This document shows positions 9,701 through 18,604 of a stretch of DNA of 64,000 nt, one piece after another (positions within the stretch are counted from its first letter, which is position 1; each line of letters begins with the position of its first letter). This stretch comes from a virus (Duplodnaviria > Caudoviricetes), in IMG/VR virus record IMGVR_UViG_2923084042_000004, positions 8,768-72,767 of that record, one strand, 5' to 3'. The notes under the pieces were generated by a model that was not told where the DNA came from, did no database searches, and saw nothing but the letters and a program-made list of their open reading frames with translations. A program made the translations under genes and the position numbers.

Positions 9701-12291
9701 GATACTTTAGCTCCGATTCCTTGAGCGAAAAACTCCGATGCTTTCTGGCCGATTGAATAAAAGAACGATCCGATTGCGCTGATAGCCGCATTAAATCCGC
9801 TTTGTATTGCGGTACCTATGTTAACTGCTCCCGCTGCAAACCCGTTCCACATGGCCGGCCCTTTTTCGAGCAAATACGCTGCTACGCGATCGACTGCCGC
9901 TACGATTCCGTCAAAAGCTACCTTCGCGCCGTTATATGCGACTAAGGCTCCGGCTTTGATTGCGTTAAACACTACGCCGAGAAGTTTCTGTAACTGCTCC
10001 GAGTGTTTGTATACGAGAACAAAGACAGTAACTAGTGCGGCTATGCCCGCTATTGTTAACGAAATTGGACTCGTTAGGGCCGCTAATATCGACGTAAATA
10101 TTCCCATCATGCCGCCTGCCGCCGCAATCTTAACCGACAAAAGCCCCCACGCGATTTGTAAAGAACCTAAACCGACGAGTGCGCCTCCGATTCCGGCTAG
10201 CAAAACGCCAAGTACAGTTATAACGCCGAGAATGGCCGCAGTCGCCGCTAGCGTGATAGCAACGAATTTCTGCATACCTGGCGATAGATTATTGAACGCG
10301 TCAACGACCTTTTGAAGCACGGCAACTAACGCCGATACGACCGGAGTTAAGGCTTTACCGATGTTAATCTGCGCTGTTTCGAATGCGCCCGAAAGCTCTT
10401 CGATCCGACCTTTAAGGTTATTCATCCGCTCAGCCGCAACATCGGCCGCTTTGATTTTTCCCATCGCTTTCGCCATGTCGTTAAATCCTTTAGAGCCCTC
10501 TTTTCCGAGGATCAACGCACCGCGGATTGCGTCAGAACCGAATATTTTATACAGCGCTTCTTGCTTATCCTTCGCAGTCATGCCGTCAAGGGCTTTCGAA
10601 AGCTCTCCGGAGATTTCCGTCATACTTTTGATGTTCCCTTGCGCATCGAAAAATTTGTTATCCATTATGCCAAGTGCGTTAGACGCCTTAGAAAACGCCT
10701 TTTCGAAGCTGTCCGTTCCTTTCTTAAGTCCGGTACTTTTTTCTACGTACTTGTCTAACGCATTATATACGTCGCCGAGGTTCTTGCTTGCCGGCTTAAA
10801 TCCTTCCTTAGAAAGGACATCGAACGCCTTATTCGTATCCAACGTTACTAGACCGAGAGATTCCATCGTCGTATAAGCGCCTTCAGTCATCGGCACTAAA
10901 CGGCTGAGCATCGTTTTAAGTGACGTACCCGCATCCGATCCTTTAAGACCGTTCTGCGCGAAAACAGCGAGCGCCGTCGCCGTATCTTTAAACGTCAGCC
11001 CCATTCCGGCAGCAACCGCAGAAGTCATCGATAACCCGTACTTCATCTCTTGTACGTCGGTTGCCGAAGAGTTGGCCGCCCCTGCCAGAATATCCGCTGC
11101 TTGCGCTACGCTGAGGTTATCGTCCTTAAACGCATTAAGCGCAGTCGAAGCGATTTCCGCCGCATCTGCCAATTCAAGACCGCCCGCCGTTGCTAACGAT
11201 AGCGCTCCGGAAAGACCGCCGTTTATAATATCCTGCGTAGATACACCGGCTTTAACGAGTTCTTCCATACCCTGCGCTGCCTCTAGCGCGCTGTATTTCG
11301 TATCAGCACCGAGTTTGACCGCTAGGTTCGTTAAAGCATCGCTGTACTTATTCGCTTCTTCCGGATTCATAACCGATTTAACGTTCGACATTTGCTGTTC
11401 GAAGTCCATCGACTTTTTAGTCGCAAGGCCGAGCGCTCCGCCAACCGCTAAGGTAGCCGCGCCGAATGATGTCGCGATTTCCGAGCCGATCGACTGTAAG
11501 TTTCCTCCGACCGTCCGAAGGTTTTCGCCACTTTCTTGGGCTTGCGTTCCCATGCGATGCCATGCGTTGGCTTGCTGATTAATTTGCGTCGTAGTCGATC
11601 TTAATTGCGCCTGCGTTTCGCGTAGTTGTGCGGTCGCTTCGTTCATACGAGCGCTAAGTTCCTGCGTTTCTTGTGCGTCCTCGCCTTTTGCGCGTTTAGA
11701 TTCGAGATATAAACGGCGAAGGTCTTTAAGGCGCTGCTGCTGAAGATCAATCGATTTGTTTAAGTGGTCGGCTTTCTGCCTCAGTTGGTCCGAGGTCGAT
11801 CCGAAGTTATCAACGCCAGCCGTTGACGCTTTGAACGCAGCATCAAGCGCACGCATTTTCGTCGTGATCGTATTGACGCTCGCGTTTAGCTTAGCGCCTA
11901 GCTGTGCGAAACCTGTACTCTGTTCCTTAATCCGTTTGTTGACGAGATCGAGTTGGTCCTCGGTTTTCCTCATGGCCGCTAACGCTTTGTTGTACTGCGT
12001 TAGTAACTTAACGGAGGCAGCCGCATCTTTTCCTTTTGTCCGCACGCTTTCTTCGTACTGTCGCTTAAGATCGGTTAGTTTCGCTTTGTGTACTTGTAGC
12101 GTCCGATTTAGTACGTTCGCTTTCTGATTAAGAGTATCGAGACTATTATCGAATTTACCTGCGCCAGCCATAGTCGCCTTGAATTCGCTATTAAGCGCAC
12201 CGAGCTTTCGGTTGATATCTGCAAGGCCACGCGTTAGGTCTGCGCTTTCTAGTCCGATACTGACTCGCAATGAGCCGAGTGATTCCGCCAT
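6799..12291 (-). CDS. Tail tape measure protein with C-terminal lytic transglycosylase
   Basis: 1830 aa; TP901-type TMP core (DFEQQMS..A..LGADTKYSA); C-terminal KESGG..GLMQT..NAVAAIRYI SLT domain. Confidence 0.96.
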   Translation of the reverse strand: MAESLGSLRVSIGLESADLTRGLADINRKLGALNSEFKATMAGAGKFDNSLDTLNQKANVLNRTLQVHKAKLTDLKRQYEESVRTKGKDAAASVKLLTQYNKALAAMRKTEDQLDLVNKRIKEQSTGFAQLGAKLNASVNTITTKMRALDAAFKASTAGVDNFGSTSDQLRQKADHLNKSIDLQQQRLKDLRRLYLESKRAKGEDAQETQELSARMNEATAQLRETQAQLRSTTTQINQQANAWHRMGTQAQESGENLRTVGGNLQSIGSEIATSFGAATLAVGGALGLATKKSMDFEQQMSNVKSVMNPEEANKYSDALTNLAVKLGADTKYSALEAAQGMEELVKAGVSTQDIINGGLSGALSLATAGGLELADAAEIASTALNAFKDDNLSVAQAADILAGAANSSATDVQEMKYGLSMTSAVAAGMGLTFKDTATALAVFAQNGLKGSDAGTSLKTMLSRLVPMTEGAYTTMESLGLVTLDTNKAFDVLSKEGFKPASKNLGDVYNALDKYVEKSTGLKKGTDSFEKAFSKASNALGIMDNKFFDAQGNIKSMTEISGELSKALDGMTAKDKQEALYKIFGSDAIRGALILGKEGSKGFNDMAKAMGKIKAADVAAERMNNLKGRIEELSGAFETAQINIGKALTPVVSALVAVLQKVVDAFNNLSPGMQKFVAITLAATAAILGVITVLGVLLAGIGGALVGLGSLQIAWGLLSVKIAAAGGMMGIFTSILAALTSPISLTIAGIAALVTVFVLVYKHSEQLQKLLGVVFNAIKAGALVAYNGAKVAFDGIVAAVDRVAAYLLEKGPAMWNGFAAGAVNIGTAIQSGFNAAISAIGSFFYSIGQKASEFFAQGIGAKVSEAAGVFFAQLKTAFSSVSGVISIVAPTITAFGLALMGVSGPIGFAITALVSLAGFLFRLYQSNEQFRNSVTTVWSQVSSVISSAMTALQPVFDAFSQYFGQIAAELAPQFAETMNVMVTSLATLKPAFADLGAAIAELGPAFAQLGTTFVSLAGSLGAAFSDVVVQITPLLGELAGAFAQVLPGIISLVGGLVSVWAQVQGTLLQVVTEIVTAVIPILVQGFTSLLPPILSIVQSVFPPILSIIKAFVPVIQVIASVLLPLLSSAVQTIFPVILSIIQAVMPVVLTIIKLFASVINDLAVNILPLILSAVQAVFPIVLAVIQASVPVIVAILQTVSFIIQNVLIPAIQFILKVVQIVFPVIVGVIKGALGIVTNIINLFSSLLKGDWEGVWNAVLGILKSVWTIIGSVIKGAVNLVLLAVTTAWNLIKSVTSSVFNAIWGFLKSIWNSIWGTVKNLAGKVVDGAVNAWDSLWGNTKKFFKRIKDFAVETFDKMVTNAKELPGKIGDGIKNMAHKAMGGVKSLGNKLLGGIEGIVNGLTQNGINKVLGLIGVDKKHYIPKLEIPRYAKGTSAGGHPGGPAILGDGGGPELFRTPSGFTGLSPGRDTLFNLPKGTQVLPHNMTKKLIAQGIPAFKKGTKKKNLFEKGVDAVSGAKDTVVNVAKGAVNKVKEFAFDVWDYVSDPKKLVSKVADSLGLKLPEISGVFGSMAKGAYEKIKSSMVGFVKKQIDDFGGGFGSGEKATGNVKQWIRKAMEITKVPSNWFGPLTTMAMKESGGRTGPSTINKWDSNWKRGTPSMGLMQTIRTTFDSHKMKGMGDIMNPVHNAVAAIRYIISRYGTVFNTPGIKSMRAGGPYKGYKIGDIVTQKQLAWVAEEGPEAVIPLKNNRQRALQLYKETGKKLGIESGTDQTVVANLLERLVSVEQRSLAALNIIAQKDPSVRVDKDALTNYVDSSQAQQATMKRLFRGDR

Positions 12292-12305
12292 GCTTTACCT
12301 CCTTT

Positions 12306-12871
12306 CTAAAAACCGAGTACCTGATCGATATAGACTTCCTGCTTCCCGCCGCTTGAATTGCTGCGCTTGTTTTTACCGCTATCGGAATATTGCATGAGCT
12401 CGAAGAACCAGCCGATGTCCATTTCGTCCAGGTAATAGATATCCTGCGGACGTTCCATACTGTCGAGATAAAGCTTTTTAATGTCGTGTTCGAGCTTTTC
12501 GAGGAAGTCTAATGGGAAAAGGTACCCCGGCGTTAGTTTTTTGCCGGAGTCTCCGCAGTGGCTTCGCCTTCACCTTTCGCAGCTTCTGACGGTTCAACGC
12601 CTGCATTAACCGTTCCTACGACGCCTTGGATCGTATCGGAAATAGTTGAGATCATCTTTTCGGAAGAAATGCCGTCGTAGAATTCGTCAAGGGAGAACTG
12701 ACCGTCATAAACGCGAACAACGTAATCAACGAGGTTGTCAAGATCGCCAACGTCCAGGTCATCGAAGTTGCTTGTTTTCGAAAGTTTGATAGCTTCGCGA
12801 AGCATTCTTCCTTTAATGAATGGCGCGCTAAATACTTTTTCTTCACCGTTGATTAGTAATGTAATTTGCAT
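12306..12871 (-). CDS. Frameshift-extended tail chaperone (gpGT-like), -1 shift at A AAA AAC (12536-12542)
   Basis: The -1 frame stays open for ~76 codons: LTPGYLFPLDFLEKLEHDIKKLYLDSM..DEMDIGWFFELM..YIDQVLGF, ending just before the TMP RBS. Confidence 0.85.
12533..12871 (-). CDS. Tail assembly chaperone (gpG-like)
   Basis: 112 aa between major tail and TMP genes; ends on slippery GCA AAA AAC TAA. Confidence 0.85.
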   Translation of the reverse strand: MQITLLINGEEKVFSAPFIKGRMLREAIKLSKTSNFDDLDVGDLDNLVDYVVRVYDGQFSLDEFYDGISSEKMISTISDTIQGVVGTVNAGVEPSEAAKGEGEATAETPAKN

Positions 12872-12952
12872 ATAAACACTCTCCTAGTTTTTGTTTTTTA
12901 AGTAGTCAAATAAAAAGAGAGCCGGCTTGCGCCGAACTCTCCGTTGAATCTA

Positions 12953-13555
12953 TTAATCTCCTGTATTTTCTTCCGGCGCAGGTGCAGACGTAGAAGGCTC
13001 GTAAACTTTCTTAAACCAATCGTTAATGACCGTCTGATTAACGCCTTCACCTTTCGTGTAAACTGAACGTCCCCAAACGCCGTCAAATTCACGACGCATA
13101 AATGTTCCGGAAATTGAATCCGTCTGGAATTCCGGACTATCCGTTTTAGTTGCGAATTCTTCTTCTTGAAGCTGGAATTTACCTTTATATAACGCGTAGA
13201 GTTTATCGCCGCCGCCCGATACTTGCGACTTAAAGAGCAACGCACCATATGGCGCCAAGTCAGTGTCTTTCTTTTCGAGTACACCGTCAGCGTTAATCGT
13301 GTGGCCGAGCAATAACGCCTGGATATCGTGAGATAATTGGTCAACTCCGATTTCTACCTCAACGCCGCCGAAAGCTGTTTCGATTTCTGACGGACCATCA
13401 TCCGCGTTCAAAGTTTCGCTGTTTGTATTCGGTGAAATAGATGCCTCGATTGCCTTACCGACCTTAACTGGCGTATCGTAAGTGGCACCTGTAGCATCGT
13501 CCTTAATCAATTTCGCAAAGTAAATATCGCGTAATCCCATGCGTGTTCCTGCCAA
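12953..13555 (-). CDS. Major tail tube protein
   Basis: GLRDIYFA..LNADDGP..YGALLFKSQ..LYKGKF pattern; followed by a hairpin terminator at ~12912-12945. Confidence 0.9.
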   Translation of the reverse strand: MAGTRMGLRDIYFAKLIKDDATGATYDTPVKVGKAIEASISPNTNSETLNADDGPSEIETAFGGVEVEIGVDQLSHDIQALLLGHTINADGVLEKKDTDLAPYGALLFKSQVSGGGDKLYALYKGKFQLQEEEFATKTDSPEFQTDSISGTFMRREFDGVWGRSVYTKGEGVNQTVINDWFKKVYEPSTSAPAPEENTGD

Positions 13556-13557
13556 AT

Positions 13558-13902
13558 TTATTCCTCCTCTGTATTTTGCGCATAATAAAAACGGAGCACC
13601 TTGTGGTAGATCTCCGTTTCGTTTTCATATAGGTCGTACTGCCCTAAGCGACCAAAGCCCGCAGCAACGAGCTGTTTCTTAACGCCGGTTTCTAGTCGTG
13701 CGTATTCGCTAGGGTCTTTCGTATAAATATCAACTTGAACGTAAAAGCCCGTCGCTTCCTCGGCATCTTCCGCATTGAGTGCGCTCTTTTCGTCGTAGAA
13801 GAAAAAACGGATATACGTTTCGTCCTCTCCGCGATACTTCAGAAAAACAACGGGCACGCCCAACGGTTTAAGCGCCGAATTAACGATTGCCCGTGCACTC
13901 AT
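13558..13902 (-). CDS. Tail completion/terminator protein
   Basis: YVQVDIYT and DLYENETEIYHKVLRF motifs; gene order. Confidence 0.75.
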   Translation of the reverse strand: MSARAIVNSALKPLGVPVVFLKYRGEDETYIRFFFYDEKSALNAEDAEEATGFYVQVDIYTKDPSEYARLETGVKKQLVAAGFGRLGQYDLYENETEIYHKVLRFYYAQNTEEE

Positions 13903-14327
13903 CGCAATAACTCCCTTTCTAAATAGCGTCTAATTTCGCGCTGTGCTTCGTTCTTTTTCGCGTTGAAAGACGGCTCAATGAAGGGCATCGCTTGGTGTCC
14001 GGGGTGGTCGACTTCTCTTCCGTAAAACGTAGAACCATCGCTCATGACTTTTTTGTTCTTCGCTTTCTCTAAGTGAGGACTAGTGCCGAACTCAGCGAAT
14101 CGCGATATAAAGTCGAGGTCGCTCGGTCCGATTTCGATAATGTCGTTCTTAACGTCGCTGACTAGGATCTTGCTTTGCGCACTAGGTTTTCTCGCTTCCA
14201 TCTCGTCAAATACCGGTTTTGCGCCGGCTTCGAGAGCGCCTTTCTTAACGGATTGCGCTTCGCGCCCCAGCCGATTAAGCCGCGCCATTAGTTCGCGCAT
14301 TCCTTTTACGTTTGATCTCGAACTCAC
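13899..14327 (-). CDS. HK97 gp10-family neck protein
   Basis: VKGMRELM..AL.AGA..FAEFGT..PFIEPSF. Confidence 0.88.
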   Translation of the reverse strand: MSSRSNVKGMRELMARLNRLGREAQSVKKGALEAGAKPVFDEMEARKPSAQSKILVSDVKNDIIEIGPSDLDFISRFAEFGTSPHLEKAKNKKVMSDGSTFYGREVDHPGHQAMPFIEPSFNAKKNEAQREIRRYLERELLR

Positions 14328-14665
14328 TTAACGTTGACCTCCTCCCCAATAATCGTGAAGGTAACGTTCGCTTCGTTATCGTTGATGATGCTTTTAATCT
14401 CGAACTCGCGTCCGCCATATTTAACGCGCATCTTATTGTTGAGCAGCGAATTCATCCGCTTTGAGTACCGAATGATAAAACGGGTCGTTCTCTCGGCCTG
14501 AATCGTAGCCGCCGCGATATATTCCCGGCCCTGTAACGTCTTTACTGCCGCCCATACCGTAGCAACTGGCGTCCAGCCGTCGATCTCAAACCCTTCGTCA
14601 TTCGTTGTGTTTGCGTATTGTAAAAACGTGATTCGCTTGTCTAAACTTCCGATATTTACCGCCAT
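14324..14665 (-). CDS. Head closure / head-tail joining protein
   Basis: GSLDKRITF..TVWAAV..GRE..FIIRY..MRV.Y. Confidence 0.9.
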   Translation of the reverse strand: MAVNIGSLDKRITFLQYANTTNDEGFEIDGWTPVATVWAAVKTLQGREYIAAATIQAERTTRFIIRYSKRMNSLLNNKMRVKYGGREFEIKSIINDNEANVTFTIIGEEVNVK

Positions 14666-14669
14666 AGCC

Positions 14670-14909
14670 TCACCTCAATTGAAGGATCATACCGGCGATT
14701 TTTGTGCCGCTGTTGGCTGTCGTCCTATTTTCGTAGGCATCCGCGACAAAGATTAGCGCCGCCATTTTGTATAGGTCCGATTCGGTATCCTTTACGCCTG
14801 CGTTTTCCATGTGCTTGGCTGCTGCGGAAATAAAAAAGGAGACGAGGTTATCGTCCTCATCTCCGTCAATCCGCAAGTATTCTTTTGCTTCCTCAAGCGT
14901 AAGAGCCAT
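14670..14909 (-). CDS. Head-tail connector (gp6-like)
   Basis: TLEEAKEYLRIDGDEDD..YENR. Confidence 0.9.
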   Translation of the reverse strand: MALTLEEAKEYLRIDGDEDDNLVSFFISAAAKHMENAGVKDTESDLYKMAALIFVADAYENRTTANSGTKIAGMILQLR

Positions 14910-14911
14910 CG

Positions 14912-15400
14912 TTATTCACCTGCCGGTGGTGTCGGTTCGTTAACCGTGATTGCTACCGTTTTCTTAACCGAAGGTTTCGACTTAGACGCGATAGTGATCG
15001 TGGTTGTGCCGGCCGCTTTAGCCGTTACTAAGCCTGAGCTTGATACGGTTGCTGTTGCGGTGCTACTAGACGTATAGGTCACGTTTTGGTCTGCGCCTGC
15101 TGGCGAAACCGTTGCGTTAATCTGGTACGTATCGCCGACCGTTAATGTCTTAGATGATTCCGTTACATTGACGCTTGTAGGTTCGGTCGCTAACGTTGTA
15201 ACCGAAAGCTCGGCGCTAAGTGGTGACGGATCACCGACGTTAGGAATTGCGCGAACCTGGTATTTATACGTTGTTAATTGCGTCAAGCCGCTATCTGCAA
15301 ACGATGTTCCTACGCGTGTTCCGATTGATACTCCGTCTCTATATACTTCGTATTCTTTGATGCCCCCATTAAAGGTTACGGCGTCCCAACTAAGGGACAC
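14912..15400 (-). CDS. Fibronectin type III plus Ig-like (Big_2) module; probably a frameshift extension of the capsid protein
   Basis: LSW..YEVYRDG..TSFADSGL..TYKYQVRA (Fn3); LTVGDTYQI.ATVSP..VATVSSSGLVTA (Big_2); frame is open back to the capsid CCC TAA. Confidence 0.85.
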   Translation of the reverse strand: MSLSWDAVTFNGGIKEYEVYRDGVSIGTRVGTSFADSGLTQLTTYKYQVRAIPNVGDPSPLSAELSVTTLATEPTSVNVTESSKTLTVGDTYQINATVSPAGADQNVTYTSSSTATATVSSSGLVTAKAAGTTTITIASKSKPSVKKTVAITVNEPTPPAGE

Positions 15401-15440
15401 CGATGTGTCTTTAGGAGTCGCCGTTAACCCTTGGGGCGCA

Positions 15441-16595
15441 TTAGGGCGAAGTTACGACGGACGCGATACGGAAAGCAGATTTAAGTTTGATTTTGTGATC
15501 GAACCAAGCAGTCAGTACGAATAAGTTTTCGCCTGTGCTGATGTCTTTGTCGCTTTCGTAAGTGATCGCTGGATCGTAGTTAAAGTGAGAGTAACGGAAG
15601 TCACCGACGATTGGTTTAACCGCAGCATCAGAGAATACAACCGGTTTACCGATGATTTGCTCTGGCTGAGCGTTGTAAAGAGTTGCGCTGCCGTTCGCAA
15701 GAGTTTCGATCATTTCAAGGTAATCAGAGTAGCGCATCATAACTTTTGCGTTATCACGGAAATCTTCTGCAAGATCAGCGATCGCCGCTTTGATTGCTTT
15801 ATATGTGCTATCTCCCGGGACTTCTTTGATTCCAGCACCGTAGAATGACATTTCTTCTTCGCCAGTTTTCGGAGTCACAGCGAAAGAAACTTTCTTTTCT
15901 TTGGCAGCCAAACCGGATTGAAGCGCTCTCTCAACAGTAGAAACCAAGTCAGTATCAGTTGCAGCCAAAATAGTTTCAGAGATTTTAGCTTTAACTTTGA
16001 ACTTGCGACGGCCGAAAGTAACGACTGAACCTTCAACTTCTAATTCCTTAGCAGTCTGTGTATCTTGAATGAAGTCGTCATCATCTAAAGAAAAGTCCAC
16101 TTTAGGGATCTCAAGATTTGTAACGTTAGTGTAAGTTGATACACTGCGTAATGGGTTTGTTACAAAAGGCTCGTGTAAAAGCTCTTGTGAAACTGTTTTA
16201 GGAAGGAGTTTTTCGCCACCAGTTCCATTGTTGTCCCCTAAAACCGCTCTAACTTCTTGTGCAGGAACTTCTTTACGTACAGCTGCGCGAATGAATCCGG
16301 CTTTAGCTGAGATTTTTTGTACTTCAGGATCGTTACTGGATAGCCCCGCAGATACGCCGGCTTTTGCTTTTTCTAAGCTCGCTTGGATTTTCGCTTTCTG
16401 TTCGCGCTCTAAAGAATCATGTTGGTTTTGAAGGATGTCCATACGCTCTTTAAGGTCCTCTCTTTTTCCTTTAAGTGCTTTAACATCGTCGATAGAGATA
16501 GTTGGATCTGCCGCTTTATCCATGATTTCTTTTTCAACTGCCGCTAATTGTGTACCTACTGTGTTTAAGTGAGCCTTCAGATCAAATAGTTCCAT
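15441..16595 (-). CDS. Major capsid protein, HK97 fold
   Basis: N-terminal coiled-coil delta domain; GGEKLLPKTVS..NPLR; IIGKPVVFSD..GDF. Confidence 0.95.
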   Translation of the reverse strand: MELFDLKAHLNTVGTQLAAVEKEIMDKAADPTISIDDVKALKGKREDLKERMDILQNQHDSLEREQKAKIQASLEKAKAGVSAGLSSNDPEVQKISAKAGFIRAAVRKEVPAQEVRAVLGDNNGTGGEKLLPKTVSQELLHEPFVTNPLRSVSTYTNVTNLEIPKVDFSLDDDDFIQDTQTAKELEVEGSVVTFGRRKFKVKAKISETILAATDTDLVSTVERALQSGLAAKEKKVSFAVTPKTGEEEMSFYGAGIKEVPGDSTYKAIKAAIADLAEDFRDNAKVMMRYSDYLEMIETLANGSATLYNAQPEQIIGKPVVFSDAAVKPIVGDFRYSHFNYDPAITYESDKDISTGENLFVLTAWFDHKIKLKSAFRIASVVTSP

Positions 16596-17365
16596 TAAAT
16601 AATTCCCCCATTTTTGAGTTTTAGTAAGTTGGTTTGTGCTTCCGCGATTAATTGCTCGCGTTCCAGGCGCTCTCTTTCCGCCTGCTTTTCGTCTTCTTGC
16701 GTCTGATTAAGTAAAGCGTCCGGAGTATTCCGGTAACTCGCGAATAACTTCGTATCTACTTTCGCGGCCACTTGCTTAGGTGCTTCAATGCTGTCGCAAA
16801 GCCCTAATTCGAGGCATTCTTGCGCTGTAAGCCACGTTTCAGCGTCTAAAAGCGCGATTAATCGGTCGCGATCAAGCTTTTCGCCTGCTTTTCCGAGATA
16901 AGCCTCGATAATACTTTCGCGAATACGGTCCATGTCATCGGCTTGCTTGCGGAGTTCAGTCGAGTTTCCGATTGCGAATGTCCACGGATTGTGAATCATC
17001 ATCATCGCGTTTGCGGGCATAAAAATAGCGTCACCAGACATTGCGATGACGCTTGCGATACTGGCCGCCAGCCCGTCGACATAAACGTTAACGCGGGCTT
17101 TGTGCCGCTTTATAATGTTGTAGATCGAAGTTCCCTCGAAAACGGACCCGCCAGGCGAGTTAATATAGATATTTAGCGTTGAAACGTCGCCAAGTTCGTC
17201 TAAATCCGCCTTAAAAGTCTGCGCTGTTACTTCGTCGCCCTCAAATTGAGCCGAACTGATTTCGCTGTAAATGTAAACTTCGCCAGCTTTAGCGTCATTC
17301 TTCGCCGCTTTGATTTCCCAAAACTTCTTTATCGTCCTCACCTCCTTTCGAGTCTTCGTTATCAT
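16595..17365 (-). CDS. ClpP-like prohead protease (real start probably ATA at 17332)
   Basis: INSPGGSVF, DGLAASIASVIAM, MMIHNP and ETWLTAQEC motifs. Confidence 0.95.
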   Translation of the reverse strand: MITKTRKEVRTIKKFWEIKAAKNDAKAGEVYIYSEISSAQFEGDEVTAQTFKADLDELGDVSTLNIYINSPGGSVFEGTSIYNIIKRHKARVNVYVDGLAASIASVIAMSGDAIFMPANAMMMIHNPWTFAIGNSTELRKQADDMDRIRESIIEAYLGKAGEKLDRDRLIALLDAETWLTAQECLELGLCDSIEAPKQVAAKVDTKLFASYRNTPDALLNQTQEDEKQAERERLEREQLIAEAQTNLLKLKNGGII

Positions 17366-18593
17366 CTTCGTTAGTTTTTAACGTTGGAGGCGTTGGCGCG
17401 TCGGTGCTCGTGATTTTCTGCTGTGCGACTTGATCGATCGGGAATAAGTCTTTGCTTAAATAAAGCGTATCTCCGCCCTTTTCTGGCGGTAGATCCTCCC
17501 ACGCACGCACCTCATTCGGCTTAAACCAGCCGCTCCGGATGCCTTTTTGGTAGAAATCTCCGCGAGTCCTCATGTCCCCCCGCAATAACGCGTTCATGTT
17601 GAACTTAAAATAATAACCGGACTTGCGTTCCTTTTCGGTCAGCAGCTTCCGGTTAAATTCCTTTTCGTATTGAGCTGCGATAGGCATCAACGTGCCTTGT
17701 ACATAATCGATGTAAAGTTGCTCCATGTTCGATACGCTGCCTTGCGTTTCACCGAGCATATATAACGGAATGTTAAAAGCCTGCGCAACCCTTGAACGGG
17801 TCACTTTTTCGACCTCGAACGCCTTTGTATCGATGAATTCCTTCTTTAAATCCTTAATTTCAACGCCAGGTTCTTGAATTAGAATGCCGCCATTGTTCGA
17901 ATAGAAGTTCCGGAAGTTCTCTAACATCGCTGTTTTCCGATCATCATCGAGTTGGTTGGCAACTTTGAGAATGAACGATATCTTGGCACCATCCATCTGT
18001 TCGAGACTGAACGTCCTTACATCGCGATCAAAGTCGAGCGCGTTCCGTAGTACCTTTAACGGCGAGATTCCTTTCAGTCCGTCAACTGACGTATACTTAA
18101 CGTGAATCATATCCATGTTGTGAACTAAGTAGTTTCCATTGTCTCCGAATATCTCGTACCAGAGCTCACGAGACGTTTCTTCAATGACCGGTTGCACTCT
18201 CGAAGGATCTAGAACGTCCAATCCGACGACTTCGTAACGAATGTTGTACCGTTTTATCGCGTAAGCATTGCCGTAAACAGCTCGATGCGTCTCTAAAAGT
18301 CCGATCAATTCACCGGAAGTCATGTTATGGTTCGGCGCGTACGTTAATAGTTCGGATGCCTGCGACTCAATCGGCTGATAATTTTTGTACGCTTTGATCG
18401 GTAAGCTCGCCATCGTATTTGATAGCCGCGATACAGCCGAAAAGACCGTTTCGTTATCCGCCAGCGCATGTTCTCCGTAAGTTCCAAACAATGTAGCGCG
18501 AGGAATAAACCAACGCGTTAAATCCTTTTTAACGGCCGCCTTTGCTTCGGTTGCGCCTCCGAAAAAGCTTCGTACGTTGCTCCAAAAGCCCAT
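17295..18593 (-). CDS. Portal protein, HK97 family
   Basis: ASLPI, YGNAY, GISP, AFNIP and NEVRAWEDLPP motifs. Confidence 0.95.
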   Translation of the reverse strand: MGFWSNVRSFFGGATEAKAAVKKDLTRWFIPRATLFGTYGEHALADNETVFSAVSRLSNTMASLPIKAYKNYQPIESQASELLTYAPNHNMTSGELIGLLETHRAVYGNAYAIKRYNIRYEVVGLDVLDPSRVQPVIEETSRELWYEIFGDNGNYLVHNMDMIHVKYTSVDGLKGISPLKVLRNALDFDRDVRTFSLEQMDGAKISFILKVANQLDDDRKTAMLENFRNFYSNNGGILIQEPGVEIKDLKKEFIDTKAFEVEKVTRSRVAQAFNIPLYMLGETQGSVSNMEQLYIDYVQGTLMPIAAQYEKEFNRKLLTEKERKSGYYFKFNMNALLRGDMRTRGDFYQKGIRSGWFKPNEVRAWEDLPPEKGGDTLYLSKDLFPIDQVAQQKITSTDAPTPPTLKTNEDDNEDSKGGEDDKEVLGNQSGEE

Positions 18594-18604
18594 TTTCTCA
18601 CCTC

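Noticed and set aside
7208-12397. Many long plus-strand ORFs opposite the tape measure gene (and opposite terL, polA and the helicase)
   Set aside because: Antisense shadows of real genes; no RBS and no protein motifs.
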